This document shows, in pieces, positions 27,704 through 36,870 of a DNA stretch of 64,000 nt. Numbering within the stretch: position 1 is the stretch's first letter; every line of letters starts with the position of its first letter. A program made the position numbers and the translations under genes. The stretch is from the NCBI GenBank assembly GCA_013202845.1, contig JABMPT010000005.1, positions 71,308 to 135,307 on the forward strand, given 5' to 3'. The notes under the pieces were generated by a model. It had not been told where the DNA came from, ran no database searches, and was given only the letters and a program-made list of their open reading frames with translations. The stretch is from Candidatus Woesearchaeota archaeon. Its GTDB lineage: Archaea; Nanobdellota; Nanobdellia; Woesearchaeales; GCA-2686295.

Positions 27704-28646
27704 ATATTTTATTTATAATTTCAAACATTTTCGTTTGTTCGTTAATATTTGGAAGTTCTTTTAACCCTTTTAAGTTTTCCAATGCAGCCTTTGTCATTTT
27801 TAATATCCCTGGCTTAAAGTTGTCATCATCTGAATCTGATAATGATATTTCAGACCAGTTAAATTGGTTTTTTTCACAAAATTGTAAAGTTTCTAAAGGA
27901 GAAAGCTTATATCTGCCCTTAATTGTAGATATTTCAACATTCCATCTTCCTGCTCCATCCCAAGAAGAAAAATAACTAAAAATACATTTACTTGTTTCTC
28001 CACAGCCACTAAATATGTTTCCAGATGGATGTTTTTCCCAATATCCATCGATTTTTGTAAAAATATTTTTAGGAATTCCTATTAAATAAAAAGCAAGGTC
28101 AATTACATGAATAGAATTTGCTATTCCCCATCTAGCCACAACTTTTTTTGTTTCTTTCTGATTGTCTAGAACATCTTTTTGTCTTTCTGTAAAGTCAAAA
28201 AAACAACCTGTAATATTCTCATTCTGAAGGATAGATTTTAGCTTAATTACTGAGCTATAGAACCTTCTATTAAGAGCATATCTAATAATGACTTTGTCGT
28301 TAATTTGTTTTTTTATTTCTTTCATTTCTTTTAGATCTACAGATCCTGGTTTTTCGACTAGTATATTCTTAAATCCTTTCTTTGCACAGTTTATTGTTAT
28401 ATTTTTTAATGATGGAATTGCAGAAGCTACTATAACTAAATCTATTTTTTCAGGATCAAAGTTTGAAAGAGACTCAATACTATTTCCCATAGATTCAAAG
28501 CCATATTTGTCTGCAGTTTTCCTTGCATTTTCAAGGTTTCTACTAATAACAGTAACTTTTGCACCTAGTTCTTTCAAAACCTTAAGGTATTCCTCCGCCA
28601 TATAACTTGAACCAAACACAATTACATTTTTTATCATTTTTTCCAT
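27687..28646 (-). CDS. Gfo/Idh/MocA-family oxidoreductase (second paralog).
   Basis: NVIVFGSSYMAEEYL...ILVEKP. Confidence 0.55.
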   Translation of the reverse strand: MEKMIKNVIVFGSSYMAEEYLKVLKELGAKVTVISRNLENARKTADKYGFESMGNSIESLSNFDPEKIDLVIVASAIPSLKNITINCAKKGFKNILVEKPGSVDLKEMKEIKKQINDKVIIRYALNRRFYSSVIKLKSILQNENITGCFFDFTERQKDVLDNQKETKKVVARWGIANSIHVIDLAFYLIGIPKNIFTKIDGYWEKHPSGNIFSGCGETSKCIFSYFSSWDGAGRWNVEISTIKGRYKLSPLETLQFCEKNQFNWSEISLSDSDDDNFKPGILKMTKAALENLKGLKELPNINEQTKMFEIINKICGYDD

Positions 28647-28739
28647 TTTTATCTATTTAGTAAATGTTCGTTCTAATTTTTTCCCTCAATTTTATTTATT
28701 AATTCATAAAGATTGTCTTTTGATCTTAAGTTTACTTTT

Positions 28740-29783
28740 TTAACTATTCTCTTTGAATTGCTTTAATAATCCATTTTTAATATTTTTGTGTGCAATATTA
28801 CTATTTTTAATAATACTCAACCTACCACCACATTCATTACATATTCGCATTTTATGTGAATCACCGTTTATATGTAATTTTCGCACTCTCTCAAGAATAG
28901 GACCAAGCCAAATATCCTTTATGGATGTTTCTTTAGCATTACCCAATTTAAATTTACCATAAGTATCACCACAACAAAGTCTATACTCACCATCCCACAT
29001 AATAAAAAGACGTCTCCAAGGCTGATTACACTTAAAATCCTTTGCAATTACAATATCTGTAAACTTAGTATCATCCCTTTCATTCTCTTCTTCTAAAGCA
29101 ATATCGTCTGTATATGGTCCCCAAAATTCAACATATTTTTTTACATGTTCCTCTATGTTCTTAATTGATTTTAATAGAACCATTTGTATACGAATAATTG
29201 GTTTATTTATGTTTAATTCCTTTTTGAGTTTATTAAGTCTAACAATATTTTTAAGCACAGTATTAAAATTACCACCAATACGTATAGATTCGTAGAAATC
29301 CTTTGTATACCCGTCAATCGAACAAATAATTTTATCCATGCCAGCATCAATTAATGCGCGAGCCATTTTTTCATTTAATAGATTCACATTAGTGTTAAAC
29401 ATAACTTCCAAAATACCCTTCACTTTTGCATATTTAACCATATCAGCTATGCGTGGATGCAAAAGAGGTTCGCCACGATACATTAGTTTAATAGAACACA
29501 ATCCATTTTCAGCACCCTCATCTATTAGTTTAGTATATAAATCCCAATCCATATATCCAGGTTTTGGAGGTTTAAACGACTGAAAACACATCTTGCATTT
29601 TAAATTACAAGAACTATTTGCTTCAATATCTAAATGAATAGGAAAGGAACCTACAATGCAATTTTCAGGATTTTCATTCCATTTTCTACGATATTCCAAG
29701 TATTCAGGGGAATAGTCTTGTTTTGATGTTTTAATTTCATTATAAGTCGAAAAATTCCTTTTTTCTTTAATTTCTGCCATCAA
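28740..29783 (-). CDS. Radical SAM enzyme with C-terminal SPASM/twitch Cys cluster.
   Basis: ANSSCNLKCKMCFQ (CX3CX2C). C-terminal CNQPW...CCGD...CNECGG cysteines. Confidence 0.7.
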   Translation of the reverse strand: MMAEIKEKRNFSTYNEIKTSKQDYSPEYLEYRRKWNENPENCIVGSFPIHLDIEANSSCNLKCKMCFQSFKPPKPGYMDWDLYTKLIDEGAENGLCSIKLMYRGEPLLHPRIADMVKYAKVKGILEVMFNTNVNLLNEKMARALIDAGMDKIICSIDGYTKDFYESIRIGGNFNTVLKNIVRLNKLKKELNINKPIIRIQMVLLKSIKNIEEHVKKYVEFWGPYTDDIALEEENERDDTKFTDIVIAKDFKCNQPWRRLFIMWDGEYRLCCGDTYGKFKLGNAKETSIKDIWLGPILERVRKLHINGDSHKMRICNECGGRLSIIKNSNIAHKNIKNGLLKQFKENS

Positions 29784-29897
29784 TTATACCTCAAAGAAAA
29801 TTAATAGTCAATAACTTATAAATGTTTCGAGAAAGAATTGTTTTTATCGACGAGCATTTGTAAAAACTAAGTCTACTTTGAAAATATATAAAATAAA

Positions 29898-30890
29898 TTA
29901 TAGATTTTTATCGCGCTTCTTTTTGGCAACAATTATGACATTTCCACCAAGGCAAGATTTACTTAATGAATCTGCAAAATTTGTTGCAAAAATATCATTT
30001 TTTAGAAATTCTTTTAAAAATAATCCGAGTTTACTGTTATCAACAGAATTTGATTCAATAAGTTTTTTCACAAATGCAACATCAAAAGAACCATTAGGTG
30101 TGATAGTTTCAATAACATCAAAACCATTATTACTAAACCACTTTTTCAAATTATCACAATTAAAGTAATTAACATGACTAGGAGGACACACCTGTGGATG
30201 ATCATTTCCAGCAACAAACTGCTCAAAACTCTTAACATTTGGAGTTGACATAAACAAATAACCATCATCTTTGACTAACTCATTTAATTTAGCAATAACC
30301 TTTTCAATACTTGGAAGATGTTCCAAACTATCCCATAAAGTAACAATATTGTATTTGCCATCATGCACCATAAAATCCTGGTTATACATCGGAACATCTG
30401 GAAACTTATCAGCAAAAGCCTTGCATCCAGAAGCATTCAAATCAACAACAGTAGGTTTAATGTCCGTGTTTTTTAGAGACTCTACAAAAAAACCAAGAGA
30501 ACCACCAATATCAAGAAGCTTTCCATTTTTAATATGATTAAGAATACGACTAACTCTTTCCTCAAAAATTTTCATACGAGTACATTTTGTTTTTAAAAAA
30601 ACCTCATTTTCAACATCCTTTGCTTTTCCATTATAGTACACACTTAATTGTTCATTTGAAGGATAAGGATTAACAAAACCAAAATCGCAATCAGAACACT
30701 TTGAAATATTGAACTTATTTTTGTTACAATAGTCAAACAACTGTGAAGAACCACACAATGGGCACTTACTCAATTTACTATTTTTATTAGGAATCTGCAA
30801 GATATTTTCAATATCTTCTTTATCAAGATCAACTATTTTTTTTGTAAGCTCTTCTGGATGAATATCTTCGATATCACTAATGTTTATCAT
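29898..30890 (-). CDS. Class I SAM-dependent methyltransferase with N-terminal Zn-ribbon.
   Basis: CPLCGSSQ...CSDCDFGFVNP, followed by LLDIGGSLGFF motif I. Confidence 0.65.
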   Translation of the reverse strand: MINISDIEDIHPEELTKKIVDLDKEDIENILQIPNKNSKLSKCPLCGSSQLFDYCNKNKFNISKCSDCDFGFVNPYPSNEQLSVYYNGKAKDVENEVFLKTKCTRMKIFEERVSRILNHIKNGKLLDIGGSLGFFVESLKNTDIKPTVVDLNASGCKAFADKFPDVPMYNQDFMVHDGKYNIVTLWDSLEHLPSIEKVIAKLNELVKDDGYLFMSTPNVKSFEQFVAGNDHPQVCPPSHVNYFNCDNLKKWFSNNGFDVIETITPNGSFDVAFVKKLIESNSVDNSKLGLFLKEFLKNDIFATNFADSLSKSCLGGNVIIVAKKKRDKNL

Positions 30891-30984
30891 TTTGATTCAG
30901 AGTTTTATTTTACAATAAATTGATTATAACTGTTAAAGCAAAAATATCAAATTTATATATGTTTTTATTTTATACTCTTAACAA

Positions 30985-32595
30985 TCATATTTTGTTCTTA
31001 ATCGCATCAAATATTCTTTGAGAGACTTTATCATCTAGGGAATATAAGTTTTCACGTACAAATTCTTTCAAAAGTTTAACATTATCTTTTCTAGGAAGCT
31101 TATTCTCAACAAACTGGTTTAAAACATCTTTCAGTTTAGATAATTCTTTTATTTTCACACAAAAAACATCATCAGACTCCTTGTAATCATCAATAAAATA
31201 TCTTGAATTTATATCAATGAAATCTAAAAACACAACCGGTTTATTTAACAAAAAAGACTCAATATCCACTGTAGAGCCTAAACTAAGAACCAAATCAGAG
31301 CCGGTTATTAAAGAATACAAATCAGACTTAGAGCGAGATGAATCATGAATAATATTATTCATTGATAAAGCACCAATCACCTTCTCATAATCCTTTATAT
31401 ACTTCTCACGAGGGTGCGACTTCCAGATAAATTCCAAGTCTCCAAAACTTTTGAAAATCTTAAAGAGGTTAGTAATAATTGCAAAATATTCTGCATGCCC
31501 AATAAAATTTGATTCAACAAACGGAGCTGTTATGAACAAAACTTTTTTCACATATTTCCTGTTGTTTGTCTTTGAATAATTCATGAATTTAACAATCTTA
31601 GATAAAAACAAAGCACCTGTAACCTTTATAATATCTTTATCAACACCTAAAGAGATTAATTTATTCTTAAATAATTTTCCTGGAACAAAATACAAGAATT
31701 TATCTGGAGCAAGAGGATTTATTAAAGCAAGACCATATCCATGAAAGGTTCCGCCTAAATAAATATTTTTCTCTTCAGCAGCTGCAGCAGCACACCTTGA
31801 GAATATATCTCCCACAGCTACAGAATAAAGAAATAAAAAATCAATTTTTTCTTTTGATAATATTTCACAATACAATTTGTAATAAAAAATAACAAAGAAA
31901 ATATTTTCTCTTGAAAGATTAAAATTTAACAAAGGCCTCAAAGAGTTAAATATAGCTTCTGCTCTTGAATCTTCAAATTCGACTTTTTTCAAGAAAGTTT
32001 TCTTTTGAGCAGATAATTTTTTTGATAAGTTCCAAGATTCTAATACCAACTTAAAACTTGCATAGGAATATACAATATTTGGGTATTTTATTAATGAGAA
32101 CAAAGAATTTTTTGAAAAAGGTTCAACAACAGAAAGATAGCTCTCAAAACCTTTTGTGCAGTTAACCAATTTTCTCAAATCTTCAGCTCTATCAAGTTCA
32201 AATCCTGACTTCCCTTTTAATAAAGAATTAGTGTGAGATAAAAACATTATTTTCTTCGAGTTTTTTTTATGATTCACAGATTTATTATAAAAAATCTTTA
32301 CTATAAGCCATTTGGATAACTCACTAAATAATAGCAGTTTTTTGTAAAATATAAGTAAAAAAAAAGCTTTTAAATGATATAAGAGTAATGATTTTTTATT
32401 ATTCAATATATTAGTCACATTATTAAAGTTAAGCATTTTAAATGGAACATGCTCTGAAAGCAAAGACATTCTTAAGAACCACCACAAAGAATGATTATCT
32501 ACAAATAAACTTTCTTGAATAGTCTTTCCACTAAATTTAGTTGTTGAAAACTTTTCTAAAAAAGTTATTAAATCATCTTTTTTTATTTTTTGCAT
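30985..32595 (-). CDS. GT-B-like transferase with an HP motif (TagB/TagF CDP-alcohol phosphotransferase-like or sialyltransferase-like); candidate CMP-nonulosonate or phospho-alcohol transferase.
   Basis: C-terminal half ...IWKSHPREKY...SDLYSLITGSDLVLSLGSTVDIESFLLNKPVVFLDF resembles the Glyphos_transf K-x-H-P plus D..ITDYSS..E core and the HP motif of GT52/GT38 sialyltransferases. Confidence 0.45.
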   Translation of the reverse strand: MQKIKKDDLITFLEKFSTTKFSGKTIQESLFVDNHSLWWFLRMSLLSEHVPFKMLNFNNVTNILNNKKSLLLYHLKAFFLLIFYKKLLLFSELSKWLIVKIFYNKSVNHKKNSKKIMFLSHTNSLLKGKSGFELDRAEDLRKLVNCTKGFESYLSVVEPFSKNSLFSLIKYPNIVYSYASFKLVLESWNLSKKLSAQKKTFLKKVEFEDSRAEAIFNSLRPLLNFNLSRENIFFVIFYYKLYCEILSKEKIDFLFLYSVAVGDIFSRCAAAAAEEKNIYLGGTFHGYGLALINPLAPDKFLYFVPGKLFKNKLISLGVDKDIIKVTGALFLSKIVKFMNYSKTNNRKYVKKVLFITAPFVESNFIGHAEYFAIITNLFKIFKSFGDLEFIWKSHPREKYIKDYEKVIGALSMNNIIHDSSRSKSDLYSLITGSDLVLSLGSTVDIESFLLNKPVVFLDFIDINSRYFIDDYKESDDVFCVKIKELSKLKDVLNQFVENKLPRKDNVKLLKEFVRENLYSLDDKVSQRIFDAIKNKI

Positions 32596-32708
32596 CTTTC
32601 GAAAAATATCTTTTGAAAATTAAATTGCTCCTTAATAGCATAGCAAGTTCACATATTTCAATCTAGAAAACAGAAACATATTTAAAAAATCTATTATTTA
32701 TTTACACT

Positions 32709-34259
32709 ATGAAAATCTATATTGTACAGATTGATTATTCTGGATATAATCCAATTGAATTAGTTCTTCCACTTGCGCCATTAATGGTTGGTACGCCTCT
32801 AAAACAAAACGGATTTGAAATTGAAATAGTTCATATTAGTGAAAAAGAGATTAATAAATATGTTAATAAAATAAGTAAAGAAAATCCTTTATTTGTTGGT
32901 TTTTCAGTTATGACTGGAATACAAACGCTACATTCTGCAATTATGTCTAAAGAAATAAAAAAAGTAAGAAAAGATATCACTATTGTATGGGGTGGAGTGC
33001 ATCCTTCAATTTTACCTGATAGTACAATCAAAGCCAATTATGTTGATATAATAGTCAATGGTGAAGGAGAAGAAACAGTTGTTGAACTTGCCAAGCATTT
33101 AAAAGAAAAAAAAGATTTAGAAGAAGTAAAAGGACTTATTTATAAAAAAGGAAGAACAGTTGTAAAAACTCCTAAGAGACCATTCATCATAAATCTTGAT
33201 GATTACACAATAGATTATGAATTGATTGATGTTAATCGATATGCATATACTTCTGGAAAAGCAAAAAGAGTAATTGCATATAGAGCAAGTAGGGGTTGTC
33301 CATTTGACTGTAAATTTTGTTACAATCTTTTATTTAATAACAGAAAAGTCCGAAATTTGTCAGTTGAGAGAGTTGTAAAAGATATTAAATATTTAAAAAA
33401 AAAATATAATATGGATGGAGTAGACTTCTATGATGATCTTTTCTTTACTAACAGAAAAAGAGCAATAGAAATTCTTAAAAAAATTAATATGTATAACACT
33501 TCTGATATAAGAATAGATTTGGTTACTGAAGATTTGGCAAAAGATCTTGTTAAATATAAATCTGAGAATTTACTTATAGGAATGGAATCAGGATCTGATA
33601 GAGTTTTAAATTTGATGTCTAAACGTTGTCCTGTTGAAAAAGCAGAAAGAGGAGTAAGAATTCTATCTAAGTACAGACTAAAAGCCATATATTCATTTAT
33701 GATTGGATTACCAACAGAAACACCTGAAGAAATAAATCAAACTTTAGATTTCATGATGAAAATTAGAAAGATCCATCCAGAAGGAACATTTACTTTGGGA
33801 GTCTATGTTCCATATCCTGGAAGCGACTTATATGAAAGGGCAATAGCTAATGGTTTTAAGGTACCAAAAAATCCTGAAGAATGGGGTGATGTTGAAAGAT
33901 GGAAAAATTTTAAATCACCTTGGATTAACAATGAAGAGGTTTATGTTATAAGAGAGTGTTTTAGATTATTTTCTTTAAATTTATGGCTAATTGATAAAAT
34001 TATGGAAACTAGATTAAAATTTAAATTATTTAAATATCCATTTGAAATATATTTTGTCAATTGGATAATAAGACTTAGTTTAAAACAGACAATACTTGCA
34101 AAAATACTAAGATGGGTACATACTAAAATAACTAGAAAAGAAATGCCTAAATATGATAAAGGTGGAATATTTAGAAGAAAAATAGATAGAGATAAAACAG
34201 AATTTAAGAAAAATGATTTTCGGATGAATCTGGGAAAAGCTCTTCAAAAAAAACAATAA
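32709..34259 (+). CDS. Cobalamin-binding radical SAM enzyme (class B radical-SAM, methyltransferase-like).
   Basis: N-terminal B12-binding Rossmann-like domain. RGCPFDCKFC (CX3CX2C). Length is 516 aa. Confidence 0.75.
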   Translation: MKIYIVQIDYSGYNPIELVLPLAPLMVGTPLKQNGFEIEIVHISEKEINKYVNKISKENPLFVGFSVMTGIQTLHSAIMSKEIKKVRKDITIVWGGVHPSILPDSTIKANYVDIIVNGEGEETVVELAKHLKEKKDLEEVKGLIYKKGRTVVKTPKRPFIINLDDYTIDYELIDVNRYAYTSGKAKRVIAYRASRGCPFDCKFCYNLLFNNRKVRNLSVERVVKDIKYLKKKYNMDGVDFYDDLFFTNRKRAIEILKKINMYNTSDIRIDLVTEDLAKDLVKYKSENLLIGMESGSDRVLNLMSKRCPVEKAERGVRILSKYRLKAIYSFMIGLPTETPEEINQTLDFMMKIRKIHPEGTFTLGVYVPYPGSDLYERAIANGFKVPKNPEEWGDVERWKNFKSPWINNEEVYVIRECFRLFSLNLWLIDKIMETRLKFKLFKYPFEIYFVNWIIRLSLKQTILAKILRWVHTKITRKEMPKYDKGGIFRRKIDRDKTEFKKNDFRMNLGKALQKKQ

Positions 34260-34363
34260 AAATATTTTTTAGTGTAAATTAAACAATTTGCAAAAGAAAG
34301 TTTTTTGGCAAAATTCTTAGAACCATACATAAAAAAGTAAAAATGATATTATTTAATATAACT

Positions 34364-35005
34364 TCAGATTTTTTCAAGTACAAAAAACAAAAAGTTTGGA
34401 GTAAATTTAGGGTTTTCCTCTTTCAAAATTTTAAATCCGCTCTTTTTTATTTCTTCTTTAATTCTTTTTCTGGAATAACCTATTTTTTCGACTTCCCAAT
34501 AGTGTTCACCATTATATTTATGTTTAATAAAAAGTGGTAGTTTAAAATAAAACGCAAATTGTTTGAAGAGAGGAATTTTAATTAAAAAAGAAAACAAAAG
34601 ACTTGGTTGTGGTAAGGAAATAATGAGATATTTTTTTGTTATATTATTAATTCCTATCAAAGTATTTCTAAAATCTTCAAAAGGTATATGCTCTAAAACT
34701 TCAAAACAAAGAACTAAATCAAAACCATTTTTTTTAAATGGTAATTTTCTGATATCTGCAACTATATCAGGAGAAAGCTTCTTATTTAGATCACAAGTTG
34801 TCACTTCATATCCAAAGTTTTTTAAAACAGTGGTTATAGTATTATCACCAATACCTATATTCAAAATTTTCTTTGATTTTAAGGACAAAACATGATTTAT
34901 TTGTGAAAAATAAGAAATCCATCTATTCAAGTCAAGATAATTTCCTACATAAATATCTTTTTCACTATTTATTTTTGATGAGTTTAAGGAATTTTTCACA
35001 TCCAT
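34364..35005 (-). CDS. Class I SAM-dependent methyltransferase.
   Basis: KKILNIGIGDNTITTVLKNFGYEVTTCDLN...FEVLEHI. The start was trimmed to the internal Met (MDVKNS) because the track ORF overlaps the upstream GT4 by 160 nt. Confidence 0.55.
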   Translation of the reverse strand: MDVKNSLNSSKINSEKDIYVGNYLDLNRWISYFSQINHVLSLKSKKILNIGIGDNTITTVLKNFGYEVTTCDLNKKLSPDIVADIRKLPFKKNGFDLVLCFEVLEHIPFEDFRNTLIGINNITKKYLIISLPQPSLLFSFLIKIPLFKQFAFYFKLPLFIKHKYNGEHYWEVEKIGYSRKRIKEEIKKSGFKILKEENPKFTPNFLFFVLEKI

Positions 35006-36095
35006 CTTTTGAACCAAATTTCTTAAATTGTTTAAAACACTCTTTCGATTTAGTTTTATAGTAATCAATATCATCATACTTTTTAATTGTTTGTATCCAA
35101 GTGTCAAAATCACTGTTAGAATCAATTAAATCTCCTGCTCCTCCTACTGCTTCAGGTATACCTCCCTTTTTGTATGATATTGATGGTATACCAAAAATCA
35201 TTGCTTCTAAAGGAACTCTTCCAAAAGGTTCTTCCCATTCAACTGGATTTAAAAGTAATCTTGATTTTAAATATATCTTGTCAATATTTTCTTCCCAGCC
35301 TAGATATTTAACATTGTTCGTTTTTGACATGCGAATAATATTATCCCATTCCATGAATGTATGACCAATTACCAAAAAATGCTCATGTTTTAAATGTGCA
35401 CATATTTTCAAGAAAAGTTTCAAACCTTTCTGTTTCATAGGTGTAACATAAAGAATATATTTATTTTGTTGAGAATTTACTTTTATTATCTTTTTATCAA
35501 TTGTTGGATAAAGTACAAATATATTCTTATTTGTTTTTTCTTGAAAAACCTTTCTTATAAAATCACTATTTGCAATGATAGTATCTGCCATATTGAAGGA
35601 CTTTGAGAATTTTTTCATGTTTAAATTTATAAAAGGATACTGTAATTTATACAAGAAAGGCAAGTCAAGAAATTTTCTTTTATAATTGCTTGGAAGAGTT
35701 TCATAAGGACATAGAAACTTGTAAGACCTTAAAAAAAGACATGCTTTAACACCGTGTTTTTTTGCAACAAAAATAATAGCTGGCGCGGTGTCAAGGTGAG
35801 TTAACAAAAAATCATATTTCTTATTTTTTACATATTTATCCAAAACCTTATACCACCAATTATTTGCAAAAAACACCCATATATGAGATTTCAATAATCG
35901 TAAAAAAAAAGGTGTTTTTATCTTCATTAGATTTATTCCTTTGTAAGTTACGTTTTCGTTTTCTTTTCCAGGAATAATGGCGTCAATTGTGTGACCCTTT
36001 TTTTTCAATTCTACCATTAAGTTTAAAATACTCTTATCTGAACCTCCAGTTATTGGCAACAATGTTCTTGCTGAAAATAAGAATTTCATAGTCAC
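34965..36095 (-). CDS. GT4-like (GT-B) glycosyltransferase.
   Basis: C-terminal EPFGRVPLEAMIFGIPSISYKKGGIPE motif. Confidence 0.65.
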   Translation of the reverse strand: MTMKFLFSARTLLPITGGSDKSILNLMVELKKKGHTIDAIIPGKENENVTYKGINLMKIKTPFFLRLLKSHIWVFFANNWWYKVLDKYVKNKKYDFLLTHLDTAPAIIFVAKKHGVKACLFLRSYKFLCPYETLPSNYKRKFLDLPFLYKLQYPFINLNMKKFSKSFNMADTIIANSDFIRKVFQEKTNKNIFVLYPTIDKKIIKVNSQQNKYILYVTPMKQKGLKLFLKICAHLKHEHFLVIGHTFMEWDNIIRMSKTNNVKYLGWEENIDKIYLKSRLLLNPVEWEEPFGRVPLEAMIFGIPSISYKKGGIPEAVGGAGDLIDSNSDFDTWIQTIKKYDDIDYYKTKSKECFKQFKKFGSKDGCEKFLKLIKNK

Positions 36096-36123
36096 AAAAC
36101 AGAATAAATGTATTTAAATACTT

Positions 36124-36753
36124 CTATTTAATAGCATAAACTACAAAACCACAAGGAAAATTTGTTTTTTTTGACCTTATCATCGCAATTACAGGATTAA
36201 AGATATTCAAAAACACACATCTTACTCCTTTATAATTAATCATATGCCATAAAGATTGTATAAGATTTCCATGATGATGTATGTCTATCTTGCTAAACTT
36301 TTTGAATAAAAGATTTAAGGAATCCCAAGTAAATCTATAATAATCATGAGGATGTGGATGATAAGGATGTATAAATCTTGTTGAAAGTATACACACACCT
36401 CCAGGTTTTAAAATCCTATAAATCTCACTTACAACCTTAACAGGATCATGACAATGTTCCAAAACTTCTGTAGCTAATACAACATCAAAATAGTCTGATT
36501 TACATTTAATATCATGAATATCACAACAAATATCTGGTTTGCTATTCTTATCTATATCTAATCTAAGATATTTTTTGAAAGGTGATTTCTTCTTATAAGG
36601 TGAATCACTTGAACCCACATCTAATATAATGCCTGGTTTTAATTTTTTGAATAAAGTATGTAATTCATAATCAAGACCTATTCTGCTAACAGACCTTATT
36701 CTAAGAGTGAAAGCAAACGGTAAGATGTATCTTCTAAAAAATGATTTCTCCAT
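36124..36753 (-). CDS. Class I SAM-dependent methyltransferase.
   Basis: IILDVGSSDSP...ATEVLEHCHDPVKVVSEIYRILKPGG. Confidence 0.65.
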   Translation of the reverse strand: MEKSFFRRYILPFAFTLRIRSVSRIGLDYELHTLFKKLKPGIILDVGSSDSPYKKKSPFKKYLRLDIDKNSKPDICCDIHDIKCKSDYFDVVLATEVLEHCHDPVKVVSEIYRILKPGGVCILSTRFIHPYHPHPHDYYRFTWDSLNLLFKKFSKIDIHHHGNLIQSLWHMINYKGVRCVFLNIFNPVIAMIRSKKTNFPCGFVVYAIK

Positions 36754-36870
36754 TTTCTCAAATTTTTAAACCTCGAGTTTTAATCATTAATAATGTATTT
36801 ATATATTTTATGTAAACCTTTTTATTTCAACAAAACTTTATAAATGAATAATTAAATCTTAAAAAATAAA

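Noticed and set aside
34343-34540. A 65-aa plus-strand ORF at the end of the B12-rSAM gene.
   Set aside because: It overlaps the 3' end of the minus-strand methyltransferase gene and has no start context.
34965-35125. A 160-nt overlap between the GT4 gene and the methyltransferase ORF, as called in the track.
   Set aside because: Most likely an over-extended N-terminus of the methyltransferase. An internal Met (MDVKNS) gives a conventional short overlap, so no programmed frameshift or overprinting is claimed.
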